NCBI GenBank assembly: GCA_944324915.1
Contig: CALUYD010000003.1
Coordinates: 124,971 to 188,970 of the forward strand
Direction of reading: 5' to 3'
From: Candidatus Gastranaerophilales bacterium
GTDB taxonomy: Bacteria; Cyanobacteriota; Vampirovibrionia; Gastranaerophilales; Gastranaerophilaceae
Length of the DNA stretch: 64,000 nucleotides
The translations under genes and the position numbers were made by a program. Below are positions 56,477 through 64,000 of this stretch, piece after piece (the stretch's first letter is position 1; every line of letters begins with the position of its first letter). The notes below the pieces were generated by a model, which saw nothing but the letters and a program-made list of their open reading frames with translations, had not been told where the DNA came from and searched no databases.

Positions 56477-57226
56477 CTAATTAATTATAAAATTAATAAC
56501 ATCTTGATAAGCGTCTTTATTAACTTTAATCAGCTGATTACCGGGGCCACCTATATCATAATGTTTTACTTGTGCGGGAATTTTGGTGTTAAAATTCAAT
56601 AAAACTCTATCAGTTTTAGCCATAACCATTAATATTCTAGTGTCATAAAATTTATTTGTTCTAAGAGGCATTCTAAGCCCTTTAAATTCAAGCATTGGAG
56701 AAATTAACACCATTTTTTTAGGCGCATTTTTAAATGACATTGAACCAATAACACCTGCTGAAGCACCAATGTCAGCACCAACAATTATTACATCATCGCA
56801 ATTAATTTTAGGATAATTTGATTTTACGTATTTAATTGAATCATATACATCTTTAGGAAGTTTTTGCCATGTTTCTTGTTTATAATAAAATCTTGATTTT
56901 AATTTTAAATTTTCATTATAAACACTTCTGCCATGCCCTCTTAAATCCATGGCTAAAACGTTATAGCCTTTCAATCTTAAAGTTTGAGCTAATTCCTTCC
57001 AAACTTGCGCATTCATAGAAAAAGAATGCAAACAAACAATCAAAGGCTTATCTGTTGCAGGATTTGCCAAATATAAATCGCCAACAAGAATAAAATTATC
57101 TCTTGTAACAAATTCTATCTTATGTTTTGTTGAGGGCGTTTTTTTCTTTTTAGGCTTAGCCTCAGCTAAAGTCACAAAAGAAAACAAAATCGCCACAACT
57201 AAAAAATATCCAAAAAATTTTCTCAT
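56477..57226 (-). CDS. Secreted alpha/beta-fold hydrolase
   Basis: Signal peptide MRKFFGYFLVVAILFSFVTLAEA; LHSF...DLRGHGRS; GADIGAS nucleophile-elbow-like motif. Confidence 0.65.
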   Translation of the reverse strand: MRKFFGYFLVVAILFSFVTLAEAKPKKKKTPSTKHKIEFVTRDNFILVGDLYLANPATDKPLIVCLHSFSMNAQVWKELAQTLRLKGYNVLAMDLRGHGRSVYNENLKLKSRFYYKQETWQKLPKDVYDSIKYVKSNYPKINCDDVIIVGADIGASAGVIGSMSFKNAPKKMVLISPMLEFKGLRMPLRTNKFYDTRILMVMAKTDRVLLNFNTKIPAQVKHYDIGGPGNQLIKVNKDAYQDVINFIIN

Positions 57227-57349
57227 ATTCTAATTTTAGCAAATTCGACTTATTTTTTTTCTCTTTTTTAAAAATTACATCTTTTAGAGGAAATTAAAAA
57301 ATAAAATTAAAGTTTAAAAAAATAAGTGTCGAAAATACCACTATATGAA

Positions 57350-57425
57350 TTTGATAAAGAGCGAAAGCTCGTTATCAAAACCTCCTCCCCAAGTCTAGTA
57401 GCCGCCTTAATGACGGCTTTTTTTT
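57350..57425 (+). ncRNA. Candidate small RNA with a two-hairpin, Yfr1-like layout and an exposed ACCUCCUCCCC tract
   Basis: Both flanking genes are on the minus strand. SL1 57350-57379 (8 bp + 4 bp, GAAA tetraloop); single-stranded acctcctcccc 57380-57390; SL2 agccg/cggct 57400-57418 followed by T8. Confidence 0.45.
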
Positions 57426-57430
57426 ATTAT

Positions 57431-58447
57431 TTATTTTGATAATTTTTCATATATATTATCAATTATAGTTTTTGCATTTGCGACTATTTTATAATCAGAA
57501 TAATTAAATATTTCAGCATCTTCATCGATATTTACGGCAATTATTTTTTTTGAATTTTTCATGCCGGAAATATGCTGCAAAGCTCCTGATATACCAAAAG
57601 CAACATAAATCTCTGCTTCAACAGTAGAGCCTGTTTGCCCTATTTGAGTAGCCTGAGGCATATAGCCTAAATCAACAACTTTTCTTGTTGAACCCACTTT
57701 TGCACCAATTAATTTTGCAATTTGTTCAAGTTTTTCAAAATATTTTCTATCTTTATTATGAACAAGCCCGTATCCGGCAGCTAGAATTATCTTTGCGTCT
57801 GAAAAATCATATTCATTTGGCGTGTTATCTAAAATTGTTTTAACTAATTTAATCCTATTTTCTTCATAAGAAATTGGCTTAAATTCATTAATTTTATCAT
57901 TTTCTTCATAAATAAATTCAGCATTAAATGTTTTAGCTCTCACAGTTGCACACTGAGGCAGTGTTTTAGATATAATTGTTGCCATTAATTCAGAACCAAA
58001 AGTAGGTCTTGTTGGTGCAAACATAAGTTTATCATCTCTAACAATAAAATCTAAACCTGTACAATCTGCAACAAGCCCGCAATCAAGAGAAGTTGTAATT
58101 CTTGGAGCGACTATTCTTCCTCTTGGAGTTGCAGGGAAAATAATTATATCTGACTTATTTTGATTAAAATATTCAACAAAACTTTGAGCAAAAACAGTTT
58201 GCGAAAAAACCTTTAAAGAATCGCTTTTAATAAGAGTGAAAATATTAGCGCCTGCTTTATAAGCATTTTTTACAGATTCAATTTCAATTTCATCTAAAAG
58301 TGCGACAGCTTCAACTTCATAATCTTCATTTTTTAACTCTTTAGCTATTTTAGTTAAACTTCGAGCCTTTGAAATTAATTCATAGGAAACTTCTTCCAAT
58401 TTTTTATTAACAAAATCAACTTCGCAATATACAATTATTTTCTTCAC
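57431..58447 (-). CDS. etfA: Electron transfer flavoprotein alpha subunit
   Basis: IGQTGSTVEAEIYVAFGISGALQHISGMKNSKKIIAVNID. Confidence 0.88.
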   Translation of the reverse strand: MKKIIVYCEVDFVNKKLEEVSYELISKARSLTKIAKELKNEDYEVEAVALLDEIEIESVKNAYKAGANIFTLIKSDSLKVFSQTVFAQSFVEYFNQNKSDIIIFPATPRGRIVAPRITTSLDCGLVADCTGLDFIVRDDKLMFAPTRPTFGSELMATIISKTLPQCATVRAKTFNAEFIYEENDKINEFKPISYEENRIKLVKTILDNTPNEYDFSDAKIILAAGYGLVHNKDRKYFEKLEQIAKLIGAKVGSTRKVVDLGYMPQATQIGQTGSTVEAEIYVAFGISGALQHISGMKNSKKIIAVNIDEDAEIFNYSDYKIVANAKTIIDNIYEKLSK

Positions 58448-59221
58448 TTATTCCGCCTTTAATATAATATCTACTAGTCTTTCGCTAAAATTTTGCTCAA
58501 TTTTTACTGCTTTTTTAGAAACTTGAGGTCGAAAAGCTTTCCAAACCATAGTAGGAGAACCCAATATGCCAACTTCATTTTTATCAAAGCCAAGGTCATC
58601 TAAACCGTAAATTTCAATTCCTTTATTTTGAGCTCTGATATAATCATCAATTTTTGGCACAATCTTTTCTTTTGCTTCTTCTTTTACAGCTAAAAGACAA
58701 GGGGTATTAATCTCAAATATATTAATATCTTTGCCATGTTTTTGAGAAACAATTGCCATATTTTTATCCGCATTAAAAATCTCATTTACTCCGATTACAT
58801 CAGGAATATCTAAAATTTGTGCTAAACTGACAGGAACTTGCGCAGTATCGCCATCGCAAGCCAAGTGACCTGTTATAATCAAATTAAAATCACTAACATA
58901 TTTTTTTATTGCAGCAGCTAAAATTTTTGCAGTAACTATGGTATCAGAACCTGAAAAAGCTCTATCAGACAACAATATTGCTCTATCTGCCCCTTTTGCC
59001 ATTGCATAAGACAAAACCTCGCTTGCTTGATTTGGACCCATTGATATAGCCGTAACTTTAGTATCTTTAAACTTAGATTTTATATTCATTGCCCAATCAA
59101 GCGCCCATTCATCATGAGGATTTAATTTAGTTAGCATATTAACTCTATCTAAATTATTTTCCTTAGTCCATTTAATATCATCAACATCAGGAACTTGTTT
59201 AACACATACTACTATATTCAT
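58448..59221 (-). CDS. etfB: Electron transfer flavoprotein beta subunit
   Basis: MNIVVCVKQVPD...NPHDEWALD...ILLSDRAFSGSDT. Confidence 0.88.
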   Translation of the reverse strand: MNIVVCVKQVPDVDDIKWTKENNLDRVNMLTKLNPHDEWALDWAMNIKSKFKDTKVTAISMGPNQASEVLSYAMAKGADRAILLSDRAFSGSDTIVTAKILAAAIKKYVSDFNLIITGHLACDGDTAQVPVSLAQILDIPDVIGVNEIFNADKNMAIVSQKHGKDINIFEINTPCLLAVKEEAKEKIVPKIDDYIRAQNKGIEIYGLDDLGFDKNEVGILGSPTMVWKAFRPQVSKKAVKIEQNFSERLVDIILKAE

Positions 59222-59222
59222 T

Positions 59223-60278
59223 TTATTCCTTACTATCTACGATTTTAATTAATCCTTGCGGTTTATCTACATTTCTTCTAAGTCTTTTTGCAATTTTTAA
59301 AGATAACATTTGAATTAAAATTATCATATTAACCAAAGTAGCAATATTAGAGCGCCCTTTTTGGAATTTTAGCAAAATATCACAATCGTAATCTTCATAA
59401 ACATCAGAAACCACAATTGACTTAGCCTTGTAGGTTTTTAAAACTTTTTTCAAAATATCCAATTCATATTTTGTAGCATCACTTGTGATAAATGTTAAAA
59501 ACGCTTTAGTTTTATTCAAAAGAGCAAAATGCCCATGAACAAAATCGCCAGACGGAAATACGCTTGTATTAAGATAGCTTGTTTCTCTTATTTTTAAACC
59601 CGCTTCAAGAGCCAATGGATAATATTTTCCATAGCCAAATATAGCAAAACCGTCTAATTTTGATAAAAATTTAGCACTTAAATCCAAGTTATCATAGCTT
59701 TTTAGCGATTGTAAAATATCGTTTTTTATTGAATAAATTTCACTTGTTTCTTGACTTATATCAATATGTTTATTTTGAGCCATTTTCAATGAAATTAGCC
59801 ATAACATAACAACAGTAGCGCTAAATGTCTTAGTAGCAGCAATGGCATGTTCTAAACCGGCATCAATATAAAAACGATAATCACAAAGATTATACATGGT
59901 TGAATTTAAATTATTAGTAACACAAAGCGTTTTAACGTCTTTTTCTTTAACTTTTTTAAGTGCCTCAACGGTATCAACGCTTAAACCCGATTGGCTTAAG
60001 AAAATATATAAAGTATCTTTATCATAATTATCAAAATTTAATCCGATAAATTCGGATGCATATTCAACGCTTGTTGGTATATTTGCTATATTTTCAAAGA
60101 AATATTTTCCAAAAATTCCGGCGTTATAACTTGAACCAGATGCAATTATACAAATTCTTTTTACATCAATCGGTATATCCATCAAAACACAATAATTAAT
60201 TATGTGTCTATTAATTAAATTCTCAATAATATCTGCTTGAGAATTTATCTCCGTTTCCATCATATAACTCATATTCAT
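59223..60278 (-). CDS. Double-SIS-domain sugar-phosphate isomerase/deglycase-like protein (GlmS C-terminal-like, no glutaminase domain)
   Basis: METEINSQADII...ASGSSYNAG...LSQSGLSVDT...second SIS region. Start taken at an internal ATG (60260-60278); the 379-aa track ORF would overlap the divergent hemW gene. Confidence 0.7.
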   Translation of the reverse strand: MNMSYMMETEINSQADIIENLINRHIINYCVLMDIPIDVKRICIIASGSSYNAGIFGKYFFENIANIPTSVEYASEFIGLNFDNYDKDTLYIFLSQSGLSVDTVEALKKVKEKDVKTLCVTNNLNSTMYNLCDYRFYIDAGLEHAIAATKTFSATVVMLWLISLKMAQNKHIDISQETSEIYSIKNDILQSLKSYDNLDLSAKFLSKLDGFAIFGYGKYYPLALEAGLKIRETSYLNTSVFPSGDFVHGHFALLNKTKAFLTFITSDATKYELDILKKVLKTYKAKSIVVSDVYEDYDCDILLKFQKGRSNIATLVNMIILIQMLSLKIAKRLRRNVDKPQGLIKIVDSKE

Positions 60279-60292
60279 ATTATAATTGAAAA

Positions 60293-61381
60293 ATGATAAA
60301 TCATGTCTATATACACATTCCGTTTTGCGAAAAAAAATGTAATTATTGCTCTTTTTGCTCATTTAACTTGATTAAAAAGAAAGATATTTATCTTGAAGCA
60401 CTCATAAAAGAAATAAAATATTATTACAATAATGTAACATTAAAAACAATTTATTTTGGCGGGGGGACTCCATCTTTATTAGATAGCAAAGATATTAAAA
60501 AAATTCTTGATTGTTTTAGTTTTACCCCAGATACAGAAATTACGCTTGAATTGAACCCCCACAATATAACAAAAGAAAAACTTGAAAACTATAAAAAAAT
60601 AGGAATAAATAGATTAAGCATAGGTGTGCAAAATTTCAACAACGAAACACTAAAAGAACTAGGAAGAACACACAATAAAAATGAAATATATAAAACTATT
60701 AACTATATAAAAGAAACAGGTTTTGATAATTTTAGTATTGATTTAATGTATGGTTTAAATAACCAAACACTTGATAATTGGCAAAAAACTCTAGATGTTG
60801 CAATTAAAATAAATCCAAATCATATTTCCTTATACGGTTTAAAAATTGAAGATGGAACATATTTTTCAAAATATTTACCAAAAAACTTGCCCTCGCAAGA
60901 TATGCAAGCTCAAATGTATAAAGCTGCAATAGAAAAATTAAGCAAAAATTACCTGCACTATGAATTTTCAAATTTTGCAAAAGATGAAAATTCTATATCA
61001 AAACACAACTGTTGTTATTGGAAATGCAAAAATTACTTTGGTTTTGGGCTTTCTGCAAGCGGATATATGGAAAATAAAAGATATACAAACACTTTTAATT
61101 TCAGTGAATACATTAAAAATCCTCTAAAAAAAGAGTTTGAAATTCTAACAAAAGAAAATCAAATTGAAGAAGAAATTTTCCTTGGTTTAAGACTGTTAGA
61201 AGGTATTAATTTTAATAAAATAAATAAAAAATATGATATTAACATTTATGAAAAATACAAAAAAGAATTTAATAAATATTTAGATAATAAGTTAATGCAA
61301 AAAACGCAAAATGGAGTTAAGCTGACGACAAAAGGGATTTTATTATCAAATGAAATATTGTGCGATTTTATTAATTGTTAA
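60293..61381 (+). CDS. hemW: Radical SAM heme chaperone HemW (HemN-like)
   Basis: VYIHIPFCEKKCNYCSF...YFGGGTPS...RLSIGVQ. Confidence 0.88.
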   Translation: MINHVYIHIPFCEKKCNYCSFCSFNLIKKKDIYLEALIKEIKYYYNNVTLKTIYFGGGTPSLLDSKDIKKILDCFSFTPDTEITLELNPHNITKEKLENYKKIGINRLSIGVQNFNNETLKELGRTHNKNEIYKTINYIKETGFDNFSIDLMYGLNNQTLDNWQKTLDVAIKINPNHISLYGLKIEDGTYFSKYLPKNLPSQDMQAQMYKAAIEKLSKNYLHYEFSNFAKDENSISKHNCCYWKCKNYFGFGLSASGYMENKRYTNTFNFSEYIKNPLKKEFEILTKENQIEEEIFLGLRLLEGINFNKINKKYDINIYEKYKKEFNKYLDNKLMQKTQNGVKLTTKGILLSNEILCDFINC

Positions 61382-61420
61382 AAAATTGCACTAAATAAAA
61401 TTAACGGTTAAAATTTTAAT

Positions 61421-61777
61421 ATGCAATCACAAAAAGAATACACTCCAAAAAGATGGTACGATGTAAAACCTTATACGGATGAGGTTTTATCAATATTGAA
61501 AGAATTATCGCTTCAATCTCATTATGATATTGCTCGAGAAGTTTTAAAAATAATTGAAGCAATTAAAATTAATTCAAGAGAAATGGATGAACCACCATTA
61601 AGCCTTGGGGTAGATAGAGTTTTGGGTTTATTTTCACAAAATTATAACAGAAGATGGTATGATAGAAATCTTCCCATAAATCGAATTTTTAAGAGCGCTT
61701 CCAGCTTGCAAGACGAAGATTTTCAAAATATAATGCAAGGTATGTTTACAAGTTTGAAAGAAGAAAATGAACAATAA
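61421..61777 (+). CDS. Hypothetical protein with duplicated (K/R)RWYD motif
   Basis: PKRWYDVKPY... and NRRWYDRNLP. No recognisable domain. Confidence 0.45.
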   Translation: MQSQKEYTPKRWYDVKPYTDEVLSILKELSLQSHYDIAREVLKIIEAIKINSREMDEPPLSLGVDRVLGLFSQNYNRRWYDRNLPINRIFKSASSLQDEDFQNIMQGMFTSLKEENEQ

Positions 61778-62084
61778 CCAAGAAGAAATCATAAAAGATA
61801 TGCAAGCAGTCATTCATCAAATGAAAATTGATGATATTGAAGAAAACCCCGATAGTGAATTTGAAATGTTTACTTGTTCTGCTTGCGCAAAAGAAGCGCC
61901 ATTAGCAGGTTCAATTCAATATTCAGTTCATAGATTATGCAACGATTGCGTATTAATGTATGAATTAGCGCTTAAATTAGGAAAAGTTAAAAATATTGAC
62001 GAATTTATGGAAAAAACAGAAGACAATCGTCTGGAAAACATCTGTGATTTTATTAAAAAAGACAGTTTAAAAGAAAAAAATTAA
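61767..62084 (+). CDS. Small hypothetical protein with a CxxC...CxxC zinc-ribbon-like motif
   Basis: FTCSACAKE...LCNDCVLMY. Overlaps the previous gene by 11 nt and ends 2 nt before dxr. Confidence 0.5.
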   Translation: MNNNQEEIIKDMQAVIHQMKIDDIEENPDSEFEMFTCSACAKEAPLAGSIQYSVHRLCNDCVLMYELALKLGKVKNIDEFMEKTEDNRLENICDFIKKDSLKEKN

Positions 62085-62086
62085 CT

Positions 62087-63217
62087 ATGAAAAATGTTAT
62101 TATTTTAGGCTCAACAGGCTCAATTGGGACACAAACGCTAGAAGTAGTTGAAAAATTAAAAGACAAATTTAATATTTTAGGTTTGGCATGCGGAAAAAAT
62201 ATTGAGCTAATCAAAACTCAAATTGAAAAATTTTCGCCAAAATATGTTTGTTGTGCAGACGAAAAAGACACCTTAGAATTATCAAAAAAATACAAAAATA
62301 TTGAATTTTTGTTTGGAGAAAATGGGCTTTTAGAACTTGCAAAAATCTCCCAAAATGATATTTTAGTTGTAGCTACATCAGGAATTGTAAGCGTTAAAGC
62401 AGTATTAGAAGCAATAAAAAATAAAAAAACAATAGCTCTAGCAAACAAAGAAACTCTGGTTATGGCAGGCGACATTGTAATGAAAGAAGCAAAGAAGAAT
62501 AATGTTTCAATATTGCCGATTGATTCAGAGCATTCTGCGATATTGCAATGTCTAAATAAATTTGATAATCCTTTTGCAAAAAATCTATGGATAACAGCTT
62601 CAGGAGGTCCTTTCAGAAACAATACAAGAGAAGAAATGGAAAAATTTAGCGCAAAAGAAGCATTGAATCACCCTCGTTGGATGATGGGCAAAAAAATCAC
62701 AATAGATTGCGCAACTCTTATAAACAAAGGTTTAGAGGTAATTGAAGCACATCATCTTTATAATTTTAATTATGAAAATATTAAAGTTGTAATTCATCCT
62801 CAAAGCATAGTTCATTCACTTGTTGAATTTAATGACGGCTCTTTCATAGCTCAAATGGGAGTGCCATCTATGCATATACCTATTCAATATGCACTAACTT
62901 ATCCTGAGCGCTTTGAAGGAATTAAAACAAACAGCTTCAATATTTTTAATCGTAATTTAGAATTTTTTGAACCCGATACAGAAAAATTTCCTCTATTGAA
63001 GCTAACAATAGAATGTGGCAAACAAAGCGGTATAATGCCTGTCGTATTAAATGCAGCAAATGAAGTTGCAGTGTATAAATTTTTAAATCATGAAATCAAC
63101 TTTTTAGATATAGAAAAAATTATATTTAGCGAAATTGAAAAAACAAATAATATTATTAATCCAACCATAGATGAAATTTTTGAAATTGATAAAGAAACAA
63201 GAAAAAAACTAATATAA
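62087..63217 (+). CDS. dxr: 1-deoxy-D-xylulose-5-phosphate reductoisomerase
   Basis: ILGSTGSIGTQTLEVV...LANKE...PIDSEHSA...SGGPFR...HPRWMMG. Confidence 0.93.
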   Translation: MKNVIILGSTGSIGTQTLEVVEKLKDKFNILGLACGKNIELIKTQIEKFSPKYVCCADEKDTLELSKKYKNIEFLFGENGLLELAKISQNDILVVATSGIVSVKAVLEAIKNKKTIALANKETLVMAGDIVMKEAKKNNVSILPIDSEHSAILQCLNKFDNPFAKNLWITASGGPFRNNTREEMEKFSAKEALNHPRWMMGKKITIDCATLINKGLEVIEAHHLYNFNYENIKVVIHPQSIVHSLVEFNDGSFIAQMGVPSMHIPIQYALTYPERFEGIKTNSFNIFNRNLEFFEPDTEKFPLLKLTIECGKQSGIMPVVLNAANEVAVYKFLNHEINFLDIEKIIFSEIEKTNNIINPTIDEIFEIDKETRKKLI

Positions 63218-63235
63218 TTTACATTATTAACATTA

Positions 63236-63262
63236 TTGAAAATTTGCGCTACATAGTATAAT
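63236..63262 (+). promoter_or_regulatory. Possible promoter of the pilin-like gene
   Basis: TTGAAA (63236-63241) and a perfect TATAAT (63257-63262). The spacer is only 15 nt, which is short. Confidence 0.35.
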
Positions 63263-63332
63263 ATTTTTTTGTACACTTATAAAATTTATCTTTATCGGTT
63301 GTACAAATTATATACGTGGTTTAAGGAATAAT

Positions 63333-64000
63333 ATGAAAAAGATTTTCTATCTGGCGTTTTCGCTTGTCGAAATCGTTGTAGCATTGATTATATTTTCAGT
63401 AATCACCGCAGCGTTGGCACCAATTATTACTAAGAAATTAAAAAGCACAGGTATAACAATAGGTGGTGGAGATGGCGGAACATTACAAATGACATGTGAC
63501 GATTTTGGTCCTGAATGCGGTCTTTGTTATCCTGATAAGTGTGTATCTTGTGTTAAATCATGTTTAGATACTCAAGCGCTGGATATTGCTCAATGCAAAT
63601 GCAAAGATTGTAATGATACCGAAGATATGTTTGGTCCAAATTGCCTTAAGTGTGATATATCAAATTGTTCAAAGTGTATCGCAACTAATTATGTTGAAAA
63701 TGGACAATGTACAATATGCCCTATTAAATATTATTGTGATGGTACTAGTAAAAAAACATGTGAAAATGGTAAATATACTGATACCACAGGTCAAACATCA
63801 TGCAAAAATTGCGAAGCAGGTTATTATTGCACAGGTGGCGAGAAAAAAGAGTGTGCTAGTGGTACATATTCTGCAGCAAATAGTTCAAGTTGTGCAACAT
63901 GTCCTGTTGGATATTATTGTCCTGGGGTAAGTGATAAGATTTTATGCAGCACAAATAAATATCAACCTAATGAAGGTAAAGATACTTGTCTAACTTGTTC
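63333..64000 (+). CDS. Prepilin-like N-terminus fused to cysteine-rich CxxC/GYYC repeats; 3' end lies outside the window
   Basis: Read by hand, since it has no stop in the window and so is absent from the ORF track. SD AAGGAataatATG. MKKIFYLAFSLVEIVVALIIFSVITAALAP (class III signal-like, FSLVE), then C..C..G.YC.G......C..G.Y repeats through nt 64000. Confidence 0.7.
   Translation, partial: MKKIFYLAFSLVEIVVALIIFSVITAALAPIITKKLKSTGITIGGGDGGTLQMTCDDFGPECGLCYPDKCVSCVKSCLDTQALDIAQCKCKDCNDTEDMFGPNCLKCDISNCSKCIATNYVENGQCTICPIKYYCDGTSKKTCENGKYTDTTGQTSCKNCEAGYYCTGGEKKECASGTYSAANSSSCATCPVGYYCPGVSDKILCSTNKYQPNEGKDTCLTC

Noticed and set aside
63586-63930. 114-aa ORF listed on the plus strand
   Set aside because: It is an alternative frame of the cysteine-rich pilin-like gene that starts at 63333. 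Its product is low-complexity V/Q/I-rich, and the frame starting at 63333 has a proper SD, a signal-like N-terminus and regular Cys repeats.
1-64000. Scan for tRNA, rRNA, tmRNA, RNase P or SRP RNA, CRISPR arrays, IS elements and integrases
   Set aside because: No T-loop-like GGTTCGAAT-type motifs, rRNA-like GC-rich blocks, spaced direct repeats or transposase or integrase motifs were seen. This was checked by eye only, so short RNAs could have been missed.

Overview
Visibly AT-rich bacterial chromosomal segment, densely packed with about 70 protein genes. I found no rRNA, tRNA, CRISPR array, transposase or integrase. Most genes are housekeeping or core metabolism: ilvBH, panD, gatC, pyrG, rsmD, clpC, rpiB, fba, rny-ymdB, metK, aspS, rel, ribF, fabH-fabF, mtnP, dxr, hemW, etfBA and a four-subunit 2-oxoacid:ferredoxin oxidoreductase. 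Signalling genes are numerous: two tandem NarL-type response regulators, a histidine kinase/CheY-like pair, an RpaB/Ycf27-like OmpR regulator, a GGDEF+HD-GYP protein and a bifunctional Rel. By inference, cyanobacterial-type markers (RpaB-like regulator, YGGT/Ycf19, ClpC, a pentapeptide-repeat protein) alongside fermentative ferredoxin/ETF enzymes and no photosynthesis genes suggest a non-photosynthetic cyanobacterial sibling lineage (Melainabacteria/Vampirovibrionia-like). The main items for follow-up are: (1) a full-length membrane pyrophosphatase homologue whose catalytic acidic motifs are almost all substituted; (2) two orphan small-RNA candidates with exposed CCUCC(U)CCCC tracts and intrinsic terminators, one with a Yfr1-like two-hairpin layout; (3) two acidic coiled-coil paralogues with conserved termini, sharing a conserved upstream element and 10-bp-phased TGTTAAGAAA direct repeats, one of them next to the RpaB-like regulator; (4) lineage-specific paralogue families, namely three membrane proteins and three tandem repeat proteins, one carrying 84-bp in-frame repeats; (5) a prepilin-like N-terminus fused to cysteine-rich CxxC/GYYC repeats running off the 3' edge; (6) an OFOR-fabH-fabF operon. 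All functional calls come from reading motifs by eye; no database search was run.
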